The notes beneath the pieces are model-generated. The model saw nothing but the letters and a program-made list of their open reading frames with translations. It had not been told where the DNA came from and searched no databases. A DNA stretch of 64,000 nt from positions 131 through 64,130 of the forward strand of contig DATBJG010000415.1 in assembly GCA_036556585.1 (NCBI GenBank), read 5' to 3'. Origin of the DNA: Vicinamibacterales bacterium. Lineage in GTDB: Bacteria; Acidobacteriota; Vicinamibacteria; Vicinamibacterales; JAMQPK01. The translations under genes were made by a program, and so were the position numbers. Positions within the stretch are counted from its first letter, which is position 1; every line of letters starts with the position of its first letter. Of the stretch, positions 39,159 to 48,674 are shown piece by piece.

Positions 39159-40304
39159 TTGCGCATAACGTTTCTAACGGGAAGTCTCGAGCAAGGGAAG
39201 GATGGTGTCGGCGACTATACGCGTCTGCTCGCGCACGAATGCGCGAGCCGTGGCGTGGCCTCGCAGGTCATTGCGCTGGCCGATCGGTATGCCTCTCACC
39301 CGGAATCCGATTCTTCCGCGACATCCCTCGAGACACTGCGTCTTGGCTACCGGTCGCCGTGGTTTGCACGTCTGGCAAGTGCCGGATCCAGGATTCGCCG
39401 GTGGTCACCGCACTGGGTCAGCCTGCAGTTTGTGCCGTACAGCTTTCACCGCTGGGGCATTGCCACGCGGCTCGTCAATGGGATGTCGGAATTGGCAGGG
39501 CCGGCAAAGCTTCACGCGATGCTTCACGAAATCTGGACCGGCGGCTCTTCGTGGCCTCAACGGGTGATCGGCGCCAGTCAGCGGCACTGTGTTCTGAAGC
39601 TGTGCCGACAGGCAGGCGCGGTCGTCCATACCAGTAATGAAACCTACCAACGGATACTCGCGGAACACGCCGTGAATGCGCGGGTGTTGCCGCTTTTTGG
39701 CAGCCTGCCCATCGCGGACTCGGATGCAGACGCCTGGTTGCCGGCGGCGCTGGTTGAGGCGGGATTTGGAGATGTCACGGCCAACAGACAGTACTGGTGG
39801 CTGGTTGCGATCTTCGGCACCCTCCATCCAGTCTGGCAGCCCGAGCCGCTCATGCAACGGCTTCGGGCCGCCGCCGAAGCTTCTGGAAAGCGCGTGGCCC
39901 TCATTTCGATTGGGAGGCTTGGTCCCGGCGAGGATCTCTGGCGCGACATGCAGCGCAACTATGCCGCTCAGATGCCGATGCTGCGACTGGGAGAACAACC
40001 GGACACACGGATCTCTCAGCTGCTGAACAGCGTCGACTTCGGCATTGCGACGAGCCCGTACTCGCTCATCGGCAAAAGCGCGACGATTGCGGCAATGCTG
40101 GAGCACGGCGTTCCTGTGATCGTCAATCGTGAAGACGGCCCAGCGGCCAGCCCTCACGATCGGGATCAGAACAGCTACATTCGGATGGATCACCGTTTTG
40201 AAGATCGGCTGGCACAGGCTCGCCGCGGGCCGCGTCGCCGGCGTCTGTCCGACGTGGCGGATCAGTTTCTCGCGGACCTGACATGGGCGGCCAACGCCTG
40301 CTGA
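39159..40304 (+). CDS. Putative GT-B fold glycosyltransferase
   Basis: The reading frame is open from 39051, but the upstream part is repeat DNA. A TTG at 39159 gives LRITFLTGSLEQGKDGVGDYTRLLA, a typical GT-B N-terminus. The C-terminal half is also GT-B-like (VDFGIATSPYSLIGKSATIAAMLEHGVPVIV). Confidence 0.5.
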   Translation: MRITFLTGSLEQGKDGVGDYTRLLAHECASRGVASQVIALADRYASHPESDSSATSLETLRLGYRSPWFARLASAGSRIRRWSPHWVSLQFVPYSFHRWGIATRLVNGMSELAGPAKLHAMLHEIWTGGSSWPQRVIGASQRHCVLKLCRQAGAVVHTSNETYQRILAEHAVNARVLPLFGSLPIADSDADAWLPAALVEAGFGDVTANRQYWWLVAIFGTLHPVWQPEPLMQRLRAAAEASGKRVALISIGRLGPGEDLWRDMQRNYAAQMPMLRLGEQPDTRISQLLNSVDFGIATSPYSLIGKSATIAAMLEHGVPVIVNREDGPAASPHDRDQNSYIRMDHRFEDRLAQARRGPRRRRLSDVADQFLADLTWAANAC

Positions 40305-41137
40305 CTGTGGGTCAGGCCGGAGCGGAGATCGCTCCGCGGCCGGTCGAGGCGGTGGCGGACGGCGACGTTGTGGCGACGTTGCGAACTCTGGCGCATCGAT
40401 ATCCTCCAGAGCTTGTCGCGGCACAGGTTGAGGATGTGCCGCGCATTGCATTCCACATTGCGCTCGTCCGCGACCGCCAGTTGCCGTCCGACGTCATTTG
40501 CGATCTGGGCGGCGGCGTCGGGCTGTTTTCGCTCGGGTGTGCCGCGCTCGGCATGTCGTCCATGCTCGTGGACGACTTTGCCGACACCATTTCAGGCCAC
40601 CGCCCTGACTCGATTCTGGCCCTTCACCGCGCCCATCGCGTCGATGTCCGCCAGCAGGATGTGACCGCGGGCTTGAACGTCGAACCGGAATCGCTGGGAG
40701 CCGTCACCTGCTTCCATTCAATCGAGCACTGGCACTCCTCTCCCAAGAAACTACTGACCGACGTGATGACCGCCCTCCTTCCCGGTGGGTGGTTCATCCT
40801 GGCAGCACCAAATGCGGTCAATCTGCGCAAGCGCATCAGCGTCCCTCTCGGTTTTGGCAACTGGAGCTCCATGGCCGAATGGTACGGCGCCGGTCAATTC
40901 CGCGGACACGTGCGTGAACCGGTCGTCGCCGACCTGCGGACCATCGCCAGCCACATGGGCCTGGTTGATGTGACGATCTGTGGCCGCAACTGGTTGGGGC
41001 TGCAGCATCGCCGCACGGCCGTTCGACTGGCCACGCGGCTGGGGGGACGATTACTCGAGCTCCGGCCATCGCTCTGCTCAGACATCTATCTAATTGGCAG
41101 AAAGCCCGTTGAACCGGGTTCCCGGTCCGGATGTTGA
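40283..41137 (+). CDS. Class I SAM-dependent methyltransferase
   Basis: 284 aa with motif I VICDLGGGVGLFSLGCAALG, then VTCFHSIEHW and LLPGGWFILAAPN. Confidence 0.7.
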   Translation: MGGQRLLTVGQAGAEIAPRPVEAVADGDVVATLRTLAHRYPPELVAAQVEDVPRIAFHIALVRDRQLPSDVICDLGGGVGLFSLGCAALGMSSMLVDDFADTISGHRPDSILALHRAHRVDVRQQDVTAGLNVEPESLGAVTCFHSIEHWHSSPKKLLTDVMTALLPGGWFILAAPNAVNLRKRISVPLGFGNWSSMAEWYGAGQFRGHVREPVVADLRTIASHMGLVDVTICGRNWLGLQHRRTAVRLATRLGGRLLELRPSLCSDIYLIGRKPVEPGSRSGC

Positions 41138-42387
41138 TCCTGAGTCATCCGACGGGCAACGCGTTCGTTCGTGCGGCGGCACGAGCGCTCCATACGTCAG
41201 GTCAACTTCACGCTTTTCATACCACGGTCGTCGCCCCCAGGTTGGAGTGGCCCGTTGGCGACGCCATGCTGAAGCCGTTCTCCCGGCGTCGATTCGACGA
41301 GATTCCCCGCAACCTGATTCGAACGCATCCCTGGCGCGAGTCCGTCCGACTCCTTGCGCCAGCCGTTGGCTTGAACCGGTTGAGCCGCAAGGGCGCCTGG
41401 GCCGGTATCGACGCGGTGTACGAGGAGTTCGATCGGGAAGTGGCGACAGAGGTCGGCCGGTTACCGATCAGTGCCACCGTCGAGGGCGTGTACGGATATG
41501 AGGACGCCTCGGCGCTTACGTTTCGAGCCGCGCGGTCGCGAGGCCTGACCTGTGTATACGAGCTGCCGATTGCGCATTGGGCCACGACACAACGCCTGCT
41601 GCGCGAAGAGGCGGATCGACTGCCGGCATGGCGTCCGACACTGCATGGGATCGATGACGCAAACGAGAAGCTGGAGCGGAAAACGCACGAGCTCGAGCTT
41701 GCAGACGCGATTCTGGTTCCCAGTCGGTTTGTGCTCGACACGCTTCCATCCTCGATTCTCACCGGCAAGCCCTGCCTTGTCGCGCCGTTTGGATCGCCAA
41801 TCCCGGTGACTGAACAGCATCAGGCGCGACGGCCAACGAATCGGCTGCGAATTCTCTTTGCGGGTGCTCTGACACAGCGGAAAGGGCTGGCTGACCTGTT
41901 TGCAGCCATGACGCTCGTCAGACGATCGGATGTGGAGCTCGTCGTGATGGGCTCACTGCTGGCTCCGATGTCGTTTTATCGCGCCCAGTACCCGGGATTT
42001 GTCTACGAAAGCCCCCGACCGCATGCAGCGGTGTTGTCGCTCATGCGGAGCTGCGACGTCCTCGTCTTGCCCTCCATCGTGGAAGGGCGTGCGCTCGTCC
42101 AGCAGGAAGCATTGGCGAGCGGCCTGCCGCTCGTCGTGACGCCCAATGCCGGCGGTGAGGATCTCGTCGAGCATGGGAAAACGGGGTTCCTCATTCCGAT
42201 TCGGTCGCCTGAAGTGCTGGCCGACCGAATCGTGTGGTTTGCCGAGCACCGATCTGAGCTGGACGCGATGCGACCGGCGGCGAAAGCCAAGGCGCTGGCT
42301 ACCGGATGGTCCCGGTATGAGAAACGAATTGAAGACGCGGTTTCGATGGCAATCCATCGCCGCCGTTTGAGCGTGTGCGCGTCATAA
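41131..42387 (+). CDS. Glycosyltransferase family 4 (GT-B)
   Basis: 418 aa with ILFAGALTQRKG and the EX7E region VLPSIVEGRALVQQEALASGLPLVVTPNAGGEDLVEHGKTGFLIP. Confidence 0.8.
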   Translation: MLILSHPTGNAFVRAAARALHTSGQLHAFHTTVVAPRLEWPVGDAMLKPFSRRRFDEIPRNLIRTHPWRESVRLLAPAVGLNRLSRKGAWAGIDAVYEEFDREVATEVGRLPISATVEGVYGYEDASALTFRAARSRGLTCVYELPIAHWATTQRLLREEADRLPAWRPTLHGIDDANEKLERKTHELELADAILVPSRFVLDTLPSSILTGKPCLVAPFGSPIPVTEQHQARRPTNRLRILFAGALTQRKGLADLFAAMTLVRRSDVELVVMGSLLAPMSFYRAQYPGFVYESPRPHAAVLSLMRSCDVLVLPSIVEGRALVQQEALASGLPLVVTPNAGGEDLVEHGKTGFLIPIRSPEVLADRIVWFAEHRSELDAMRPAAKAKALATGWSRYEKRIEDAVSMAIHRRRLSVCAS

Positions 42388-43694
42388 ACGAACTTGATCG
42401 GTGCCGACTCGTCGGCCTGTTCTGGATCTACCTGGGACTGTTGCTCGTCGAAGGTGTCCTTCGAAAGTGGCTGCTGCCCGAATGGTCCGATGTGCTGCTG
42501 ATCGTGCGCGACCCGGTTGCGCTTGCTATCATCGGTCTTGGATTCCGCAGCGGGGCGCTGACCCTCGGCCGACCGATGCGGGGGTTGACCGCACTCTGGG
42601 TGTGTTTTGTCGCACTTGGCGCCCTGCAAATCGTGTTCGGTGACCTCGGAAGCGTGACCGTCCTCGGTTACGGACTACGAACGTACTTCCTCCATCCGCC
42701 GTTGATGTTCATCATGGGTCGCGTGTTCGAGCCGCGCGATCTGCGGCGGGCCACGATCGCGATTGTCGTGCTCATGCTGCCAATCGCGCTCCTGATGGTC
42801 GAGCAATTTCGTTCAGCCCCAAGTTCATGGATCAACCGTGGAGCGGGCGAGGGGCGCTTGCAGATTTCGTCGGCGATGGGCCGCATCCGGCCGGCCGGGC
42901 CTTTCTCGTTCATCTCCGGATCGGTGCTGTATTACGCGCTCGCGTTCGCGTGCCTCCTGGGGTCGCATTTCGAGCGCGATCGCGTCCCGACCGCCGTGCT
43001 GTGGACGGGGTGGGCGGCGCTCATTCTCGCGACCGCCGTATCGGGGAGCAGGGCGCTCCTTTTTGCATTCGTGCCCATTGGAATCGCCGCCGGTGCGGCC
43101 TATCTGATGCGTCCGCAACTGTCCGGCGCGATGGTTCGCACCGTCGGGACCGCAATGTTCGTCGTTTCGATCGTCTGGGTTTCGAGCGTCGTGCAGGAAG
43201 GCGTTGAAGTCTTCAGCGCGCGGCTGCGCAACAGCGGTGGTGTGACGATGTTGCTCGAGCGAATACGTGGCACAGTCGACATGAGCGTTTCTGCCTGGAG
43301 CAGTGCACCAATCATGGGTGCGGGCCTGGGTTTGGGTACCAATGCCGGCACCGCACTGCTCGGGAGTCGCGTCTTCAAGTTTGGAGAGGACGAGTGGTCG
43401 CGCGTCGTGTTCGAGGCTGGGCCGCCACTGGGGATTGCCTACCTGTTGTGGCGCGCCTGGCTGGTTTGGCTGCTCATGAAGGCTGCCGTCGGCGCGGCCA
43501 GGTGGGGCCACGTCCTGCCGATCCTCTGCTTTGGTGCGTGCGCGGCGAATCTTCTCTCCGGTCAGTGGGGCCAAACGAGCATTCAGGGCTTTGCGATTTG
43601 GACCGCGGGGATGTGTATTGCCGGCAGTCGAGTGGCAGCGGTGGACGTCTCCAGAACCCTCCCAGTCGTGCTAAACAAGCCAAGGTTCGCGTGA
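42375..43694 (+). CDS. Polytopic inner-membrane protein, candidate Wzy-type polysaccharide polymerase
   Basis: 439 aa with roughly 10-12 hydrophobic segments and one larger hydrophilic loop (WINRGAGEGRLQISSAMGRIRPAGPF). No transporter or enzyme motif that I recognise. The assignment comes from context only. Confidence 0.4.
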   Translation: MRVINELDRCRLVGLFWIYLGLLLVEGVLRKWLLPEWSDVLLIVRDPVALAIIGLGFRSGALTLGRPMRGLTALWVCFVALGALQIVFGDLGSVTVLGYGLRTYFLHPPLMFIMGRVFEPRDLRRATIAIVVLMLPIALLMVEQFRSAPSSWINRGAGEGRLQISSAMGRIRPAGPFSFISGSVLYYALAFACLLGSHFERDRVPTAVLWTGWAALILATAVSGSRALLFAFVPIGIAAGAAYLMRPQLSGAMVRTVGTAMFVVSIVWVSSVVQEGVEVFSARLRNSGGVTMLLERIRGTVDMSVSAWSSAPIMGAGLGLGTNAGTALLGSRVFKFGEDEWSRVVFEAGPPLGIAYLLWRAWLVWLLMKAAVGAARWGHVLPILCFGACAANLLSGQWGQTSIQGFAIWTAGMCIAGSRVAAVDVSRTLPVVLNKPRFA

Positions 43695-44578
43695 GAGTCT
43701 CGATCCTCCACTGGAATCGTCCGGCGGATTGCCTTGCAACGGTTGACGCGTTGCGCACACAAGGTCTGCCCCTGCAATTCACGATTGTCGACAACCACTC
43801 CTCGTCTGAATCGATTCGCGTTCTGGAATCCGCACTTCCCGCTGATGTCGAGCTGATTCGTCTGCCCGAGAACATCGGATGGGGACGCGCGCACAACGTG
43901 GTCCTTCGCCGCTGGGTCGATGAGGAAACCTCCCCGTTTTGCGTGATAGCTGCCCATGACGCGCTTCCACAGCCGGCATGCCTCACTCATTTGATAGAGG
44001 CCCTCGATCAGCATCCGGACTGGGGGATGGCTTGTCCCGAATATGGCAGGCCCGAAGTCACCCGATATGGCGTGTTCCGCGGAGCGCGACTCCGGAAAGT
44101 GGCGCCACGCCCGAACGGGACCCACGAAGAGGTCGAGTATTGCCACGGAACGCTGGCTGTCTTCCGACGCGAATGTGTGCGCGAGATAGGTGCATTCGAC
44201 GAGCGATTCTTTGCGTATGGTGACGAGACAGAAATTGGACTTCGCGCGCGCCGCGCCGGCTGGAGAGTCGGCCTGGTTTGGGGAGCCGTCGTGGTCAATC
44301 CCGGCTCGTCTTCCGGCGATGCGGCGATTGGATACCTCTGGACTCGAAGCTCTCTCAGACTCGCGCGGGTGCTTGGCGGTCGTTTGGGGCTGTCACTACG
44401 CCTGTCGTATGTGGTCTTCGTGACGGGATTGTTGTGGTTGATGCGGGTGCCCGTTGAAAGCCTGTCATCACCAGCCGCTCGCTGGCGCGCGATCCGTGAC
44501 TACCTGAGCGGATACTGTGGACCTCCTCCTGGTTTGTTCACCCGCCGGCGAGAACACAATCCCCAAATTCCTTTCTAG
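43691..44578 (+). CDS. Glycosyltransferase family 2
   Basis: The GTG at 43691 (GTGA overlap with the upstream stop) gives VRVSILHWNRPADCLATVDALRTQ..FTIVDNHSS. A later motif, FAYGDETEIGLRARRAGWR, is typical of rhamnosyltransferase-like GT2 enzymes. Confidence 0.8.
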   Translation: MRVSILHWNRPADCLATVDALRTQGLPLQFTIVDNHSSSESIRVLESALPADVELIRLPENIGWGRAHNVVLRRWVDEETSPFCVIAAHDALPQPACLTHLIEALDQHPDWGMACPEYGRPEVTRYGVFRGARLRKVAPRPNGTHEEVEYCHGTLAVFRRECVREIGAFDERFFAYGDETEIGLRARRAGWRVGLVWGAVVVNPGSSSGDAAIGYLWTRSSLRLARVLGGRLGLSLRLSYVVFVTGLLWLMRVPVESLSSPAARWRAIRDYLSGYCGPPPGLFTRRREHNPQIPF

Positions 44579-44590
44579 CAACCGCAAGAC

Positions 44591-45433
44591 GTGGCTGTCG
44601 CAACAGACCGGGACGTCCTCTATATAGAAATCGCGCCCACGGGTCACCGGGGACAGTACTGGCGCGATCTCTGGCACTATCGCGAGCTCTTCTACTTCCT
44701 CGCCTGGCGCGACATTCTGGTCCGGTACAAGCAGACCGTGGCGGGCGTGGCCTGGGCGTGGATCCGACCAGCGGCCACAATGGTCGTGGCGACGACGATC
44801 TTTGGACACGTCGCCAGGCTGCCATCTGGTGACGCCCCGTATCCGATCATGGTTTTCGCGGGGCTGCTCCCGTGGCACCTGTTTGCAAACGCCCTTTCGG
44901 ATTCGGGCGGAAGCCTGATTGGCAATGCCAACCTGATTGCCAAGGTGTACTTCCCGCGCCTGGTGATCCCGGCGAGCAGCATCATTGTTGGACTCGTCGA
45001 CTTCCTGATTGCGGGCGTCCTGTTCCTCGCGGTAACCCTTTGGTACGGCGTGGCACTGACCTGGCGAATCGTGATGCTGCCGTGGTTCGTACTGCTCGTG
45101 CTTGCCGCAGCACTTGGTGCCGGCTTGTGGCTCAGCGCGGTGACCGTCAGATATCGCGACTTTCGATTCGTGGTGCCATTCCTCGTGCAGTTTGGATTCT
45201 TCCTGACGCCCGTGGCGTACAACAGCAGTGCGGTTCCTTTGGATTGGCGGCTATGGCACGCCGCGAATCCCCTCGTCGGCATTGTGGATGGATTCAGATG
45301 GGCGTTGCTTGGCGGTGCGCAGAGTCTCTACTTCCCGTCTCAAGTTTCCGCCGTCGTCGGCGTGGCCGCCATGCTCTTAAGCGGAATCCTGTACTTCCGC
45401 CGCACCGAGCGCTCGTTTGCAGACGTGATTTGA
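44591..45433 (+). CDS. wzm: ABC-2 type polysaccharide/O-antigen export permease (Wzm-like), copy 2
   Basis: 280 aa with a GTG start, YRELFYFLAWRDILVRYKQTVAGVAWAWIRP and six TM segments. Confidence 0.85.
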   Translation: MAVATDRDVLYIEIAPTGHRGQYWRDLWHYRELFYFLAWRDILVRYKQTVAGVAWAWIRPAATMVVATTIFGHVARLPSGDAPYPIMVFAGLLPWHLFANALSDSGGSLIGNANLIAKVYFPRLVIPASSIIVGLVDFLIAGVLFLAVTLWYGVALTWRIVMLPWFVLLVLAAALGAGLWLSAVTVRYRDFRFVVPFLVQFGFFLTPVAYNSSAVPLDWRLWHAANPLVGIVDGFRWALLGGAQSLYFPSQVSAVVGVAAMLLSGILYFRRTERSFADVI

Positions 45434-46752
45434 TGGATCCCGCGATTTCGATTACCGCGCTCTCCAAGCGCTACAGGATTAACGGGTCGAACCCAGGTGA
45501 CGGTCTTCGACACGCAATCAATGAACTTGCTCTGGCGCCCTGGCGCCAGGTGCGACGGCTCGCGGGCCGTCCGTCTCGGTCAATTCCTCCGACATCGACC
45601 CCGCAGGAGTTCTGGGCGCTTCGAGACGTGTCACTTGATGTCGACGAGGGGAAGGTTGTTGGCATTATTGGTCGCAACGGTGCCGGAAAGACCACGCTTC
45701 TGAAGCTCGTCAGTCGGATCACCGCACCAACATCCGGATTCATCAAGCTTCGTGGGAGAGTTGCGAGCCTGCTGGAGGTAGGAACCGGCTTTCATCCGGA
45801 GCTGACCGGGCGCGAGAACGTTTTTCTGAACGGTGCAATTCTCGGAATGAAGAAGGTCGAGATCCAACGCAAGTTCGACGAGATCGTGTCGTTCGCCGAA
45901 ATCGGCGCATTTCTGGACACCCCGGTGAAGCGATACTCGACAGGGATGTACACGCGCCTGGCGTTTTCGATCGCCGCGCACCTCGAATCGGAGATTCTGC
46001 TCGTTGACGAAGTGCTGGCCGTCGGCGACGTGGCTTTTCAGCGAAAGTGTCTCGGAAAAATGAACAGCGTAGCGAGACATGAGGGGCGGACGGTTCTCTT
46101 CGTCAGCCACAACATGGCAGCCGTTACGCAACTCTGCGACCGCGTCGTCCACCTGGAACACGGCCAGATTGTGCGCCAGGGTGTAACGAGCACCGTGGTC
46201 GGCGACTACTTTGCAGCGACGAGCGCGCATGGTGCGTCGCGTCACCTTGCCGGGGTTGACGAAGCGGGAAGAAAGCAGCCGTTGTGGTTCTGTAACGTTG
46301 CCGTCCTTGACGACGAAGGCCGGGAGAATGCCGCTCTGCGATTCGACGCACCGTTTCGAGTTCGGCTGGAGTACGAGGTACCAGAGCCCACGAGTTGGAT
46401 CGAAATGTCGGTTCGACTGCTCACCGCCGATGGGCGTGCGGTTCTGACGACGATGCAATCCGATCTGGCGCCGGAGGTGGTCAGGCAGGTGCGACACGGC
46501 CGGTATGAGATCACAATTCCGTTTCCTGCCCGTTTCCTGATGCCCGGCGACTATGTCATCAACATTGCATCGCACGAGCCAGGTGGCGGGGCACTCTTCG
46601 AGCTGCACGAAAGCGTGATTCGCTTCACGATTGAGGACACGGGGTCCAGCTTTGCCAGGTACGGGAATCATCAAGCCAACGGCCTGGTTGTGATGGACCT
46701 GCCGTGGGACGAACGGCCGTTGAGCAATCACTCGTCCATCGCCATTTCGTAA
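45433..46752 (+). CDS. wzt: Polysaccharide/O-antigen ABC exporter ATP-binding protein (Wzt-like) with C-terminal extension, copy 2
   Basis: The ATG at 45433 (TGATG overlap with wzm) gives MDPAISITALSKRY. Walker A is GRNGAGKTT, the signature is YSTGMYTRLAFS and Walker B is LLVDEVLAVGD. A C-terminal beta-rich domain of about 180 aa follows. The track ORF start at 44872 is an artefactual extension. Confidence 0.88.
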   Translation: MDPAISITALSKRYRINGSNPGDGLRHAINELALAPWRQVRRLAGRPSRSIPPTSTPQEFWALRDVSLDVDEGKVVGIIGRNGAGKTTLLKLVSRITAPTSGFIKLRGRVASLLEVGTGFHPELTGRENVFLNGAILGMKKVEIQRKFDEIVSFAEIGAFLDTPVKRYSTGMYTRLAFSIAAHLESEILLVDEVLAVGDVAFQRKCLGKMNSVARHEGRTVLFVSHNMAAVTQLCDRVVHLEHGQIVRQGVTSTVVGDYFAATSAHGASRHLAGVDEAGRKQPLWFCNVAVLDDEGRENAALRFDAPFRVRLEYEVPEPTSWIEMSVRLLTADGRAVLTTMQSDLAPEVVRQVRHGRYEITIPFPARFLMPGDYVINIASHEPGGGALFELHESVIRFTIEDTGSSFARYGNHQANGLVVMDLPWDERPLSNHSSIAIS

Positions 46753-46800
46753 CGCGCCAGGGCGGGGTCAGCCCGCCCCAACAATCGGGTCCCCCTCCCG

Positions 46801-47856
46801 ATGTCAGTGACGAACCAAGTTCTGGATCTTTCGCGGTGGGCCGTGGTGGCCTACAACGACACGACAGGTCTCGGCCGGATGGCCGAAGACATCAAGGCGC
46901 TGCTTGGTCTGCGCCATCTGGTCATACCGTCCGAGCGTCTGGAAACCCGGCCTCTCAACCCTGCCTCAGACACATTGCTGCCACGAGACGCCAGCGAGAC
47001 AGAAGTCGCGTCGGTGCTCCAGGAACTGCAGGGTGTGGTGATCCTCGAGGCCCCATGGAACAAGGAACTGCTGGCGGTGGCTCGGCGACTGGGTGTCAGA
47101 GTGGCCTGTGTTCCGATGTGGGAATGGTTTCGAGGGTCCGACAAAGACTGGTCGATGGTCGACCGATTTCTCTGCCCTTCGGACCTCTGCTTGAAGGTGG
47201 TCCGGAGCTACGGATGGAACAACTCGATTCACGTCCCATGGACGATCGACCTCTCCCGGTTGCCAACCAGGGCCGTCCGTGGCCCGGCGCGGGTCTTCTT
47301 CCACAACGGCGGACTGATGGACCACGATGATCGGAAGAGCACGCGTGACACGATTCTCGCGTTTCGCCGCGTTCGCCGTCGCGACGTTCGGCTGATCGTT
47401 CGCCTTCAAAAGCCTGCGGATCTGGGCCCGCTCGACGATCGCGTGGACGTTCGAATCGGGAATCTGGAAGACGTCTCGTCTCTTTATGAAGAAGGGGATG
47501 TGGCGGTGCAACCGTCGGCCATGGAAGGGATTGGTTTCATGGTGCTGGAACCGGTCTGCAGCGGAGTGCCGACGATCACGACCAATTGCCCGCCGGTCAA
47601 TGACTACGTGACGCAGCCCGAGCTTCGGACCAAAACGCGCTGGTTCGCGCGGTCGGCATTCCCGACTCGTGCGGCGCGGATTCTCCATGCCCATCGGCGA
47701 CCGCCTTCTATTCACGATGTGACGCGCCGGATCGAATGGTGCGCAGATCACGATCTCGCGACAATCTCGGTCGAAAACCGGATGATGGCGCAAAGGATGT
47801 TCAATCCAGACGTCCTTCGCGCGCGGTGGACGCACGTATTGGGTGGACTGATGTGA
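46801..47856 (+). CDS. Putative GT-B fold glycosyltransferase (GT4-like C-terminal half)
   Basis: 351 aa. The region EEGDVAVQPSAMEGIGFMVLEPVCSGVPTITTNCPPVNDYV resembles the GT4 donor-binding region. Confidence 0.55.
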   Translation: MSVTNQVLDLSRWAVVAYNDTTGLGRMAEDIKALLGLRHLVIPSERLETRPLNPASDTLLPRDASETEVASVLQELQGVVILEAPWNKELLAVARRLGVRVACVPMWEWFRGSDKDWSMVDRFLCPSDLCLKVVRSYGWNNSIHVPWTIDLSRLPTRAVRGPARVFFHNGGLMDHDDRKSTRDTILAFRRVRRRDVRLIVRLQKPADLGPLDDRVDVRIGNLEDVSSLYEEGDVAVQPSAMEGIGFMVLEPVCSGVPTITTNCPPVNDYVTQPELRTKTRWFARSAFPTRAARILHAHRRPPSIHDVTRRIEWCADHDLATISVENRMMAQRMFNPDVLRARWTHVLGGLM

Positions 47857-48674
47857 CGATCCCTTCCATCAGCGCGTACGTGCCGTGCTTCAACAACGCC
47901 ACGACCGTGCGCGCTGCCGTGACGAGCCTGTTGTCGCAGACGATCGCGCCGCAGGAAGTTCTGGTCGTGGACGACGGATCCACCGATGGCTCGGTGGAGC
48001 GACTAGAGGGGCTCGACGTGCGCGTGATCCGGAACGCCTGTAACCAGGGTCGAGGTGCGGTCCGACGACGTGGCATGTACGAAGCGCGATGCGAGCTCGT
48101 TCTTTGTTGCGATGCGACGAAAGTGCTCGAGCCGACGTTCGTGCAGAAAGCTCTGCCGTGGTTTCAGGATCCCCAAGTCGCCGGTGTCTTCGGCAAGCTC
48201 ACTCAGCCACCCCCGACAACGAGCATTGACCGTTGGCGTGGGCGCCACTTGTTCAAATTGGGCACTGCTCAGGTGCCGCGTCGTGATGCGCTGCTCGCAA
48301 CGGGTGGAGCGATCTTACGCGCCTCGGCGGTCCGGAGCGCTGGTGGTTACAACGCTCTGCGCCGACACGCGGAGGACGGCGATCTCGGTAGCCGGTTACT
48401 GTCGGCGAACTTCGTCGTTGCGTACGATCCCGCTCTCGAGGTGATGACGATCGGGTCGAACTCAGTGCGCCAGGTGCTGGAACGATATTCGCGCTGGCAC
48501 GCGGGTGTTGACCAGGCACCCAGCTGGATTGGGTACTGGAAGAACATCGGGTACTCGATCAAGGCGATGGCCGCTGCCGACCTGCAAGATGCCGATCCGC
48601 AGAGCGCGCTCATCAGCCTGATGTGTCCCCATTATCAGTTCTGGCGCTCGGTGTTGCAGCGCTGCGGGTGGTAA
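47853..48674 (+). CDS. Glycosyltransferase family 2
   Basis: The GTG at 47853 (GTGA overlap) gives VTIPSISAYVPCFNNATTVRAAVTSLLSQT..VLVVDDGSTDGS. Confidence 0.8.
   Translation: MTIPSISAYVPCFNNATTVRAAVTSLLSQTIAPQEVLVVDDGSTDGSVERLEGLDVRVIRNACNQGRGAVRRRGMYEARCELVLCCDATKVLEPTFVQKALPWFQDPQVAGVFGKLTQPPPTTSIDRWRGRHLFKLGTAQVPRRDALLATGGAILRASAVRSAGGYNALRRHAEDGDLGSRLLSANFVVAYDPALEVMTIGSNSVRQVLERYSRWHAGVDQAPSWIGYWKNIGYSIKAMAAADLQDADPQSALISLMCPHYQFWRSVLQRCGW

Noticed and set aside
44872-45432. N-terminal extension of the second wzt ORF, and similar extensions at 43394, 47736, 53426, 54466, 56442 and 57371
   Set aside because: The extensions overlap the preceding, well-supported genes in another frame. 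Conserved N-termini begin at start codons that overlap or directly follow the upstream stop.
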